A stretch of DNA of 64,000 nt, taken from assembly GCA_013239625.1 (NCBI GenBank), contig MU054187.1, forward strand, positions 15,224,974-15,288,973, read 5' to 3'. The stretch comes from Lama guanicoe. Taxonomy: Eukaryota. Of this stretch, positions 12,493 to 23,224 are shown in pieces. The notes under the pieces were generated by a model. The model did not search any database. It saw nothing but the letters and a program-made list of their open reading frames with translations, and was not told the origin of the DNA. Each line of letters starts with the position of its first letter. The stretch's first letter is position 1. A program made the position numbers and the translations under genes.

Positions 12493-15329
12493 TAACCCCT
12501 GTGTTCTCAAGTGCTGATGTTTTATTTGAAATAAATTTTGATGGGCAGGCACAATATCACATGCTTTTTCTAAATTCTGATTGCTCTTATTTTCAGGGAT
12601 GGTGTCTTTTGGACAGCAGCATTTTGTAAAATGATTGTTTTTATATCTGATGCATTGGCAAATACCATTTTCAACCCCTAGAGATATTGAGCAGATTTGT
12701 AGTACCTCTTAATTGGGGGAAATAGGTGATATGTCAGGATAACATGTGTCTGTCAAATACTGGCTAGGACTTTCACCTTTCCTTCACAACAGCCATTAGA
12801 TGTAAAGACGTTGACTCCCAGCTCACCAAAGCTGGGAGAATGACCTGAGCTGTTAACAGTGTATTTTTGCACCAAGAGTGTAAGTTTCTGCCCCAGGATT
12901 GGTTTGGTTTGCAGATTTGACTGCTTTCCTGTAGACTCTGTGGCATGAAGCATTTGCCTTGGGGGTGACAGAGTTTGTAGAGATAGCCCTAGCTCCCATC
13001 CCATTTCATCACTTAGCATGTAATTTTGTTATGAAAGATACTGGCTGGAGGCCTCCTGCACATAGCACCATACCAAGTCATAAATGCTTAGGAAAAATAC
13101 TGCTGAAGCAGCAAAATCAAGTACCCTGGATAGAAAAGTGAAGATCTGAGTGTGATGTTTTACAAGCAGAGTGAGAAAGTAAAGATTTTAAATGTTATTT
13201 GGTATTAGAAATTAGTATTATTAGTATTATTTAGTAGTATTATTACTAGGCTGGTATCATTATAATAGTAATAATAAAAGTTATTAAGGTTATGTTTCTG
13301 TAAGAGTCATCAAAAGATAATTCAGACCGTTATTTCTGATTATGAGTAAAACAACATGATTTCACTTTTATATTTCTTCCTCCTATTATTAAGAGAATCT
13401 TTAATAACAATGACCACTAAAATAGCCAACATTTATTGAAAATTTTGTATGCATTTTGTGTGATGCATTGTGCTAAGCACTAAGCGTGGATCACCCTACA
13501 ATATATTTTGGGGTATGAATGCTACTATACAAGTACAGAGTTTGGGTATTTTGCCAAAGGTCTCTTAGCTACAAGAACCAAGCAGATCCTGTGTTTATTT
13601 GAATTCTGGATTAGATCTCTCCTATTTCAATATAAATGTGATGTTTTACATCAAAAATAGTAGAAATAGTGGCCAGGCGTGCTATGTATTAACGCTTTAC
13701 AATGCTTTTGCAGTAAAAACGAATAGAATTTGTCTACTTTGTCTCCAGTTTTTACACTCGGTATTTTCTCATCTTCATGAAGCAGATGAGAAAACAAGAC
13801 ACCAGTCAGGAAGTTCCATATCTGGCATCCTGGGTAGAACAATAACTCGCTCATCTGTGGGACGTGAAGTGCATCTAGATTAATCGCTCCCTCCCACCAC
13901 CTCCACCCTACCCCCACACACAATTTACATTGAAACAGTTGACTTGTTTACCCTCAAAGCACCGTGTAGTTTACTTTAAGGTTTGACTCTTTGCTTTTGT
14001 TATTGTTTATATCCGTCAAGGGCAGAAGATTAAGTCACTGTTATGAGAACAAACCCGATTAATCATTTTTTCCTCTCCAGCCAAAGCATTCTTAATTACT
14101 AACACATGGGCTAATAATGTGCAAACCAGTGACAGATGTAGCAGTGTAGTTTGAATGCAAATCTCAAGTCCCCATGTTTTTTAAATGAAACCATAGATAC
14201 AGTAAATCTTGTACTATTCTGCTAACCATTTTGTAAGTATTTAGACTAATCTCTGATGACACTCCAATTTACCAAAGTCCACTGAAGTGGGATCACTAAA
14301 TAAGCTGATTTTCAGAATATAAATGGGCCCACCCACCCACCTGTCATCAAAGATAATTTTAAGGATCCAGAGGGTGTTAGAATCCGTGGTGATAGGACTC
14401 GGTTTCATTCACTGCTCTACCTTCAACACCCAAAGCAGAGCTTGAGTATTGCATGAGTGAATGAATGAAAGGAAGAAAATAGTCTGTAATCATCACATTT
14501 TAATTCTGTTCTCTGGAGTGATGCACACTTAATTTATTCATGAATTCAATAAGTATTTACAGAATTTCTGCTTTGAATTTAGGCTCTGTGCCAAGCACTG
14601 AGGATATAGCTCTGAATAAGGCGCATACTGTTCCTTACCTCTTGCAGCTGTCAGTATGGTCTTACTTCCACCAGAGAAATGTAAATTTATTGTCTAGTCT
14701 ACACACTATACTAAATGTTAAAAGGCTTTGAAAGGTCTTATTTAATATCTCCAGAAAAAAGGTGCTGACATATGTCTCCTTTGATTGAATGCCTGGCTTT
14801 TTGCATCTCACTGCTGTATAGACAGAGTTTTGTTTTGTTTTGTTTTGATTTGCTTTGCTTTGCCCATTGCTGTAGGCTTGGAATCTAGAATATTACCTTT
14901 CCTTTCCTGGGATGTGGTAGGTGTTTGTATGAATGAAGGAAAAATATGGGGAGAGAATAAAATGTGCTGAGGATCAACTGTACTTAAAACTTTTAGACAT
15001 AATCTCAACACAGACATAACCCCCTTATATATTTAGATTATTATTTCTATTTTACAAGTAGGGTAATAGACTGAGAGATGTAATCTTGTTGGAAACCATG
15101 CACTGACCAGTAAAGCTTGAATTCAAACGTGGGCTGACTTGTACCACCTGATTCACAACTCACTTTACCAAGTTAGCCAAGAATCCTTTAGCCTCGATTC
15201 CTGCCATAGATGAGGAGGATGATGATGGTGATGATGGCGATGATTTTCACTTTAACTAGTTTTAAAGGGCTCAGGCCAAACTCAAACCTTTTGTATCTGG
15301 GGCTGTGACATAAGTCAGCTATGTTCATT

Positions 15330-15720
15330 AGATAGGTCTGGGTGATGTAGGTACAGACAGCACCATGGTCTTGTGGCTTACCCGTATAAGGTCTGCTGCA
15401 GGACCAAGAAGCTCTCCAGGTCAACAGTCAGCTACACAGCAATCTCATGATGTAGGCTGAGTGGCACCCTGCCATTTTGTGCTGCACCATGTGCAAAACA
15501 GTCTTTTCTTTCAGAGCTGGGGAAGAGAACACACAAGAGTTACACATCAGCTCTTAAATGCTTCTACCCAGAGGTGACACTCATGACCTCTGCTCATATT
15601 TTATTCACCAGGACAAATCATACAGCCATGTTCAACTTCAAAAGGGTGGGGGAGGGTGATTCTTCCACATACCTGGAAAAAGAGGAGGGCATGGATATTG
15701 GCAAATAGTTGTTATATATG
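15330..15720 (-). mobile_element. MLT1 (MaLR, J/K/L-type) LTR fragment
   Basis: CAGCTCTTAAATGCTTCTACCCAGAGGTGACAC..TCTGCTCATATTTTATT..AACTTCAAAAGGG. Confidence 0.7.
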
Positions 15721-18700
15721 CCAAGCCAGCAAACCTTCCTGCATATCTATGTCTGGTTGTATTAAAGCTCCACGTCTGGGTAGCACTGCCTTTTCCTTGT
15801 CTAACAATAAAGCACCTTCTGTTTTACAGATGGGACTCTCCCTCCCAACAACATCCCTATTTAAGTGCCTTTGTGTTTGCTTTTAAATTAAGTAATGCAG
15901 TTTGTATTGAGAAATTAGAAATTATAGATAATCAAAGCAAAGTAATTTAAAAAATCATCACTCACAAACCCACAATCCTACCATTCTTTAGCAGCAGCTT
16001 TCCCTAGCAAAATTTGAGACAGTGCTGTCAGTATATCTGACCCATTTCCTCCTTGCTTCCACGCCCCTAGCAGCTGATTTGAGAATCCTGGCTGGTCCTT
16101 ATGATAAGAGGTTCCTTTAAGATCTCAAAACTGGAAGTGTCCCAAAACTTCAGCCCAGGAAGAGTAAATATTTTCATGGCACATGGTCGATTTCTAATTT
16201 AGACAAATGACTATCTCTGCTTCCTTACTGCATAACTCCTCTGGAAGTTGCATACTATTATTCCAGGTGTGTCACATTTTAATTTACCGTTTCACTCATT
16301 CTTTTTATTGAGCCATGTATATTTTATTGTCTTTTTTATTATTCTCATTTAATCAAGAACAAGAACAGACATACAATTAGTTCATTGCAAAGTCAGAATT
16401 AGAACCCAGGCCTTCCGGCTTCAAGTCTCCCTATTTTTCTGTATCAAGATACTTATGCCCTCTGGAATTAAGATATCAATATGAAATATTATTGCCTATC
16501 TAATAAGCATGTACTAAACATTTTCTATAAGGCAGATCATGTGTTAGGAACTAGAAAGATAAAGGTGAATTATACAAAGCATCTCTTTTTGAGATTTTTA
16601 TTATCTGATAGAGGATTTATATAGAGTCTAACAAGGTGAACTATATAAAGAAATACTGCTTTATCATATAGCACCAAGAAATACCATTCTTCAGTACACA
16701 TAATAACGGCTCTTCATTCCCCTGCCATGCTTTGCCCTCCTGCAAGTCAATTTAAAATTTGTAATGATCTTTCTTCCTTGGTCATATATCAAATACTCAT
16801 TTTCACTAGAGAAGAAGAATTTTAGATATTTCTTACTGTTTTGATCTGGTTATGAATTTTTTCCAACATCCCTCTTTTTTTTATGGCATCTGCTAGAATT
16901 TTAACCCAGTTTTTGACTGTGTTTGATGTAGCTATTGTCAAGTGCATCTGATCTGCCAATGCAAATAGGAATGAGCTGAGCTTGTTGAGTATATAAAATA
17001 ATTTTTTCAATGCCTTCGACCAATTAAATAGTAAAACGCAGTGGTGTTATTTTGTTTCCTTAGTGACTTGGGAATCCATTGCAAGTTAAAAAAAATATTT
17101 CTAAAGTGTCTTGAAATTTATTTCTACAATTACTGTGTGTATTCTGACTTTGTCTTCTTCATCCACTTCAAATTTGGACTTAAAAAAATACCTCAAATGT
17201 GTTTCGCCTCCAGGAGCTGATTAGATTTTGCTGACTATGGGGGGCTCCCTGAGTTCATTTCACAGTTCAAGTCTCAGGTTCAGATCTCACTGGAACTAAG
17301 ATTCTTATTCTAAAGAACTATAATTTCATTTGATTCCCTCTTTCCTAAGAGATAAAAGAGCAATTGGGGGAAAATTACAACTTTTGAAACTAAAATGCAT
17401 TTACAAAATTAAGTTGCCCTCAGGTCAATAAAAAAGCCAACTTTGGTTCTCCTTTAACAAAGCTTATTTTTTATTGCACCTAACTGCCGGGTAAATTGAG
17501 TGTTTTGATGTTTGAATTCTTTTGAACCTCTTCTCTCTCCAGAAAAATTGCCACACGTCAGAGAAATCAAGATGAATGATTTCCCATTTGACTTCTCTTC
17601 CTTCTTGGATCTAGGTTCTCATAGTGGGATTTGGATTCTCTATCACTTACAGTTTTGACTTCTTCACAATCATTTAACTGCATTTAAAATTTCTCCTTTG
17701 TTCATTTTTTTGCTTTGGACCCAAGTTGTAGATGCACTTAAAGTGAAAAATTAAACATTCAAGTTAAATACTCTATTCAGGGAAACCCTTTATATTGATA
17801 AACCCAGATTTGGCTACGTATCTTTTGATGCTCAAGGAAAGCTAATGAGACCCATGTGATTGTGTAGCCACCTAATGATTGCTAAAGGGCCGCTTTCTTT
17901 TTAGCATAATATAAAATTTTATAATATAATATAATATAATAACTATTAGCATATAGAAGATATTTTAAAAAATAAGTATAGTATGCTATTATATTAAATG
18001 CTACATTATTTAAATGCTAAGAAATGGTCCTTTCATGATACTTAACAATGGTCAGAACTGTTAAGGTCTTATATCCAAGTTGGCAACACATTATAAATTA
18101 AATGTGAAAAGGCTGGAATAAAGAAAGGGTTAATTGATGGAAAATCAGGTAAAGTAATAGGTGAAAGAACTGAGTTTCTGAGCCTGAAGAAGACTTGTGG
18201 CAACTTAGTAGCAGTATGTATGAGTGCAGAGGGTGGCGTGAGGGGAGAGGGAGCTCCAATGTTTCAATTACTATTCAATGTTTTATCTCTATAGGTTTCA
18301 GAAAATAATACATGTTAAAATTTTATTGAGACAAAATTTGGATAGATATTATAAGAAATATCTTCTTGTGCAACCCAAGTACATTATTAAGGAACATCAC
18401 TTTAGATCTATCAATGGTAGTAAATGACAAAATGCAGTGAAAATCTTGGATAGTTGGAGAATGAACTTGGCCATGGGGAGGGGAAGCTATCATAAATAAT
18501 CCCTAGGTGCCTCTTTCATTTGTGTTTTCTGATAACCAATTGAACTGAAAAAAAAAGAGTTAAATGCATTAAACACTGGGAATATATCAAAATCATATTA
18601 ACAATATTGATAATTTTAGATTATTTACTATATGCCAAATGCCATGCAGTGCTTTATATGCATTATTTGTACTTTATTGTACTCTACACTAATCTATGGA

Positions 18701-19029
18701 GCGTTTTGTTGAAACAGTTCAGGTGGTTCATGGCTGCTTAGAAAGAGACTCCATTACATATCCATGGTAAGAGTAGACTGAATTCCCTTTTACTTTTCCA
18801 AGAGCATAGCAACGTATTGAAGAAGGTGACCACACAGGGAGGAATGCTCCATCTTGACATGGCCCTTGCCTCCGTAGGGAGCCTGTAGCTTCTGGTGACA
18901 CTGTTCATGAGGGCCAGACGCTGAAGGATCTGAGACAGATCTTGTGTTTGCAGACTGAAGGACAGCTCAATTCTAGCTATGCTGCTTTCCTTTTATCTGG
19001 TTTTGGTCCAAAGACAACGCTGACAAGCC

Positions 19030-19175
19030 TATACCCCTAAAATACTATTGTCATCTCCACTTCACACATGACTGAATTCAGGTTTAGTGAGGCTGAACAC
19101 GTGGCCACAGTTATCATGTGATGAAGCAGAATTTGAACCCAGCACTCAGGGATCTCATAACGCAGCAGTGAAACC
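19030..19175 (-). mobile_element. MIR SINE
   Basis: CTATTGTCATCTCCACTTCACACATG..GCAGAATTTGAACCCAG. Confidence 0.65.
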
Positions 19176-19568
19176 GTGTGTGAGCAGGTGACTGGCTGCA
19201 CCAGCATGAACTCGTACATAATTAAACCACAAATTAATCCTTGTTTTCTAACCACTGCCGTTCAGCCAGGGTGTTCCTGCATGGAGGCTCTGGCAGGTGT
19301 ATGACAGCTCTACAGACAACGCGATAGAGAAACTAAAATGCCTAGTTCTGTGCATGTGAGAAACCAAACCACAGACTTGATGTTAAACCTCATCTTCCCA
19401 GCTTGGCCCTACTCTGGGTTGGAGACTCTTACTGGGAAAGGAAGTTGTACTGGTGTCTCTGTTTCCTCATTTGAGCTTTTTGGCTTCCTCTCACAATCTG
19501 TTTTTCTAAACTCCTACCATGTTTGAAATTAATGGGAGGAGAGGGAGAAAAATGACAAGGGAGAGGCA

Positions 19569-19736
19569 TTTTTTTTTCTCATTGAACTTTGTTTTAATGG
19601 GTCTCAAAATTCTGTAACAGAGTTTTGGTCAAGTTGTTTCCATTAAAAAGTACTGATTTTAAACACTAATGACTTAGAACTGCCCCACACAAAACTAATG
19701 GTCCATAAAACATTCTCTTTTTCCTCCTGTAGGTTT
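19569..19736 (-). pseudogene. EEF1A1: Retrocopied 3' UTR terminus of EEF1A1 mRNA with ATTAAA signal and poly(A) tail
   Basis: Minus strand reads AAACCTACAGGAGGAAAAAGAGAATGTTTTATGGACCA...TTTAAAATCAGTACTTTTTAATGGAAACAACTTGACCAAAACTCTGTTACAGAATTTTGAGACCCATTAAAACAAAGTTCAATGAG-A9. This closely matches the conserved end of the mammalian EEF1A1 3' UTR as recalled. Confidence 0.88.
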
Positions 19737-20178
19737 CAAATTCTGTGTGGCGACTTGCAGCTCCTGGTCTATGTGGTGTGCGCATTTGGCCTTTTCCTGC
19801 TGAGGACGTTTTATCTCTGCAGATAGTCTGACTGGACAGGACTTCAGATAGCCGTGCTCCAGCCGCCTCTCTCCTGTGTAGCCCACCACCCAGCCACAAG
19901 GAAACGCCCGCGTGTTCTGCGCTTCATCACACGGGCAGTAAGCAGAACAGCTGGGATGTCCCCACTGCGGTCACTAGTCCTCCCTGTCTATCCTCTTGAT
20001 GTCCGGGGGTCAGACACCAGTTCACTCTGTCGCCATTTTTAGGAAACACATAGCAAACTCCCAGATGGTCTTGTAAGACCCCTCAACCCAGGCTTGAGAT
20101 GAGAAGAGAAGCTCAATCTTCCTTCCCTCCCCTGTGGTGTGATGAGGACTCACAGCACTGGGCTGTTCTCTCCAAAAA

Positions 20179-20783
20179 CAGTCAATGATTGTTGTCTTCC
20201 GTGGTAGTTATGCCTACACAGTCACCACAAACACTAGGGGAAATACGGGATTAAATTCTGAACATCTGGTCACAACACTAATTAACCCATTCATACATAA
20301 TCTTGTTTTATTTGTTTTTCTGTTTGAAGACCCCTTATTTGATATACGTTGTTGATTCATTAACACTGAAATCACAGCCAACAGAACTACAACTCATACC
20401 TGAAGGAAGCTTACCTAACGCATATATTTTCTCCATAAGGCACATCACAGCTTTGAGCTTAGCACACTGGGCAGCACTTTGGTGCTATGCTTGGTTTTAA
20501 CAGTGAAATCAGCCACAAAAGGCACACAGAAAAGAAAAACATAGCACTAAATATGAAAAGAACACGTGTTTAGAGTAAGAGAGCAGAAATAAAAAGGCAG
20601 AGCATTGCCTTGTTTGACTTCAGCTGGGAAGGTGCATGCAGGGTGACTCAAACTTTTTGCTGCTTGGCACTTGTCAAAGAATGACCTCAAACCTGAAACA
20701 ACGATTGGTTTGGGGTTACAAATCACTTTTAGTGAGTAAGAAAGTTTGCAAATGCAAGATCTGTGAACAATGACGATCAACTG
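20179..20783 (+). mobile_element. MER82 (TcMar-Tigger family), near full length
   Basis: Starts CAGTCAAT and ends GATCAACTG followed by TA; internal CTAGGGGAAATAC, TTGTTGATTCATTAACA and TTTTCTCCATAAGGCACATCACAGC. Confidence 0.8.
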
Positions 20784-21009
20784 TACATATTTTTCAACAA
20801 TCTCCTTACTAACCCTCTCTTCTCTTTGTTTTATACCTATATTGTTGATCGGGCCTAAGATTCCCAGAGTCAGGAAAGAGGAGGCCTTGGGGCCACTCTC
20901 TTTGTATAACAGAACATAGTGATTGGGGGTCTCACTTTGGAACGTGGCATCTGTTGTCTCTCAGTACCTCACAGAAACATGGACTTGAACATCACGCGAA
21001 ACACGTATT

Positions 21010-21510
21010 TCATGTAGCACCAGTAAAGGAATGGAAACCAAATCAGGGCGATTTAAGCTAAAAAGGCATTTATTAAAATGATATTGGGAAAATCACAGAA
21101 TCTTAGGCAAAGCTGTGGCACTGGGCTTGGAAAAGAGGCAGGAGCAAGGGAGGCTGGGCTGCAGCCAGAAGCACAGAGGAGGCTACAGAGGAAACCATCA
21201 CCGCCGCCACTACCCATGGCTGAGCCACCGCCAACTGCCCTGAGTGTTGCTTCTGGATCTGATGGAGCCATCTGCTCCCAAAGGGCTTCTTCTGCTTTGT
21301 CAGCTCACTGTATAAAGTCCAGAGCAGGTACCTCTGATTGACTGAAGTGCAATTATGACTTCTCTGTTCTCCATGCAAGGGAGGTTGTAAAAATAAGGAC
21401 TTGGCACTTTCAGTTTCTCTAGTGGGAGGAGGGCTCTGTCTCCCACTAAGACTCATGAAGTGAGACATTTACCACGTGTAGAAAGAGAGTTCAGATGACA
21501 AATGTTCAGC
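21010..21510 (-). mobile_element. Ancient MaLR LTR (MLT1M/N/O-like)
   Basis: GAAACCAAATCAGGGCGATTTAAGCTAAAAAGGCATTTATTAAAATGATATTGGGAAAATCACAGAATC motif. Confidence 0.6.
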
Positions 21511-21639
21511 AAAACAAATCAACGGGAGGATTCACGCTCACAGACTTCAGTGACTGTTAAACCCGGAAAAAAAAAATGCTGCACTCATCTATTTACTCTA
21601 ACTTCTCTTCCAGTTACGAGGTCTGGAAAATAATTTCAT

Positions 21640-22350
21640 AGCCTCTGCTTGAATTTTCGAATGATTGGGAACTTTTCACACCACTGAAGAATATGTTCTA
21701 ATTTTCCGATTCTTGTTCAAAAAATGCTACTATGATTTCCAGTTCATGGAATCATTTTCGGTTTCTCTCACCATACAGTCTGGACTTATCTGGATGCACT
21801 GTCATTTCTAAATGTCCTGCTTTTGATGTGGTCCTTGAGACATGACTACAATATTCTTCTCCACATGGGCTGGCAAATGCAGGGGCTATTTATTTCATTA
21901 ATTTCACTTGAACTTGTGTTGGCTCCCTCATGTAATCATAGCATAATGATGACCTGCAGTATGCTAAAACATTTAGATATTTTCACATGAACTGCTACCA
22001 AAGCAGGTCCCATAACTGGGTCTCTAAACTCAATTATTTAAAAGACCAAATTGAGGCTTTTTACTTTTATCTCTCCAGCCTTCATCTATTTGGTTTTAGC
22101 TCAATGATCTAGCTTGTTGAGATAATTTGGGGTTTTAAGTATTTTATTGTCTATGATAGCAATGTTTCCTTCCAGGACTATGCCACTACTAATTTGTTAG
22201 GCACATCTCTGCTTTCATCCAAGTCCCTGATAAATTGTTGAATAGGAAAAGACAACAGTGGAGCACGGTGACATTCCACCAGTCTTTCTTCAAGATTGAC
22301 GCTGGACCATTGAACGACTATTTCTGAATCCCACTGCTCAACCATTTTAA
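21640..22350 (-). mobile_element. L3/CR1 LINE fragment
   Basis: TTTTCACATGAACTGCTACCAAAGCAGGTC..TCTAGCTTGTTGAGAT..CTTTCATCCAAGTCCCTGATAAATTGTTGAATAGGA resembles antisense CR1 RT. Confidence 0.65.
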
Positions 22351-22429
22351 AAGAAGCCCGATCTTGCCAGTATCCTGCAAAAAAAAACAAACCCTTTAAG
22401 GGCTTGTCCTTGCTTTTCAAATAAAGATC

Positions 22430-22850
22430 ACATCCTTAATGTGGCTTACAGCAAGGCATTGTCTGGCCTGTGCTTTCTTCTCCTTCCTCTGGGCCCTCTC
22501 CCCTTTTTCTCTGTGTTCTAGCCACCAGGCATTGCAGATGGAATACCCCTCCCCTGTGCTTCCCCAAGTCCGCCCTCAGGTCTCAGCTTAAGCACCATGT
22601 CCATCAGGGAGCCTTCACCAGCACTATAGATTTTGTGTTTTCTTGTCTCAGTCTTCTAGTAGCATCAAATTCCATTCCTTTAAAGGTTCCCATTTGCAAT
22701 TGTTTATTCATTAGTGTTGTAATTTGATCTGACTCTCCCACCAGACTTAAGCTCCATAAGAGCATGGACATAGCCTGTGTTTGCTCATCATTAAATGATC
22801 AGTGCCTGGGATGTTGTAAGTTCCCTAAAACATCTTGTTGAATAAATGGT
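22430..22850 (+). mobile_element. L2 3' end
   Basis: CTCCCACCAGACTTAAGCTCCATAAGAGCA..CAGTGCCTGG..CTTGTTGAATAAATG. Confidence 0.7.
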
Positions 22851-22975
22851 AGAAAAACAAAGAATGATGGTATAACCATTGATCCTACTGAGACTGTGGA
22901 GTTGCAGTTGAGTGGAATCGCTTTCGGAAGTACTTCTTCTCCCACTACCTACCCTGTTTTCTGATAACTCTAACT

Positions 22976-23224
22976 CAGTTTCTCAATATCAGCACAATTG
23001 CCACTTGGGGTGGATAATTCTTGGGTGGGCATGTGTGTATGTGTGTGTGTCCTGCGCATTGCAGGATGTTTAGCAGCATTCCTGGCTTCTACTCACTGAC
23101 TGACTGAAGCATCACCCCTTCCAGTTGCAAAAACCAAAAATGCCTTCAGACATTAACAAATGACTCAGAGTCAGATGTGGGAAGGGGTAGGAGAGAGCAA
23201 TATTGACCCGGTTGAGAACCGCTG
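22976..23224 (-). mobile_element. Full-length MER20 with degenerate 8-bp TSD
   Basis: Termini CAGTTTCTCAA and GGTTGAGAACCGCTG; internal GCATTGCAGGATGTTTAGCAGCATTCCTGGC; flanks CTCTAACT and CTCTGATT. Confidence 0.85.

Noticed and set aside
21053..21468. Three overlapping ORFs in a GC-richer patch
   Set aside because: They lie within a MaLR LTR-like relic and show no recognisable protein or exon structure.
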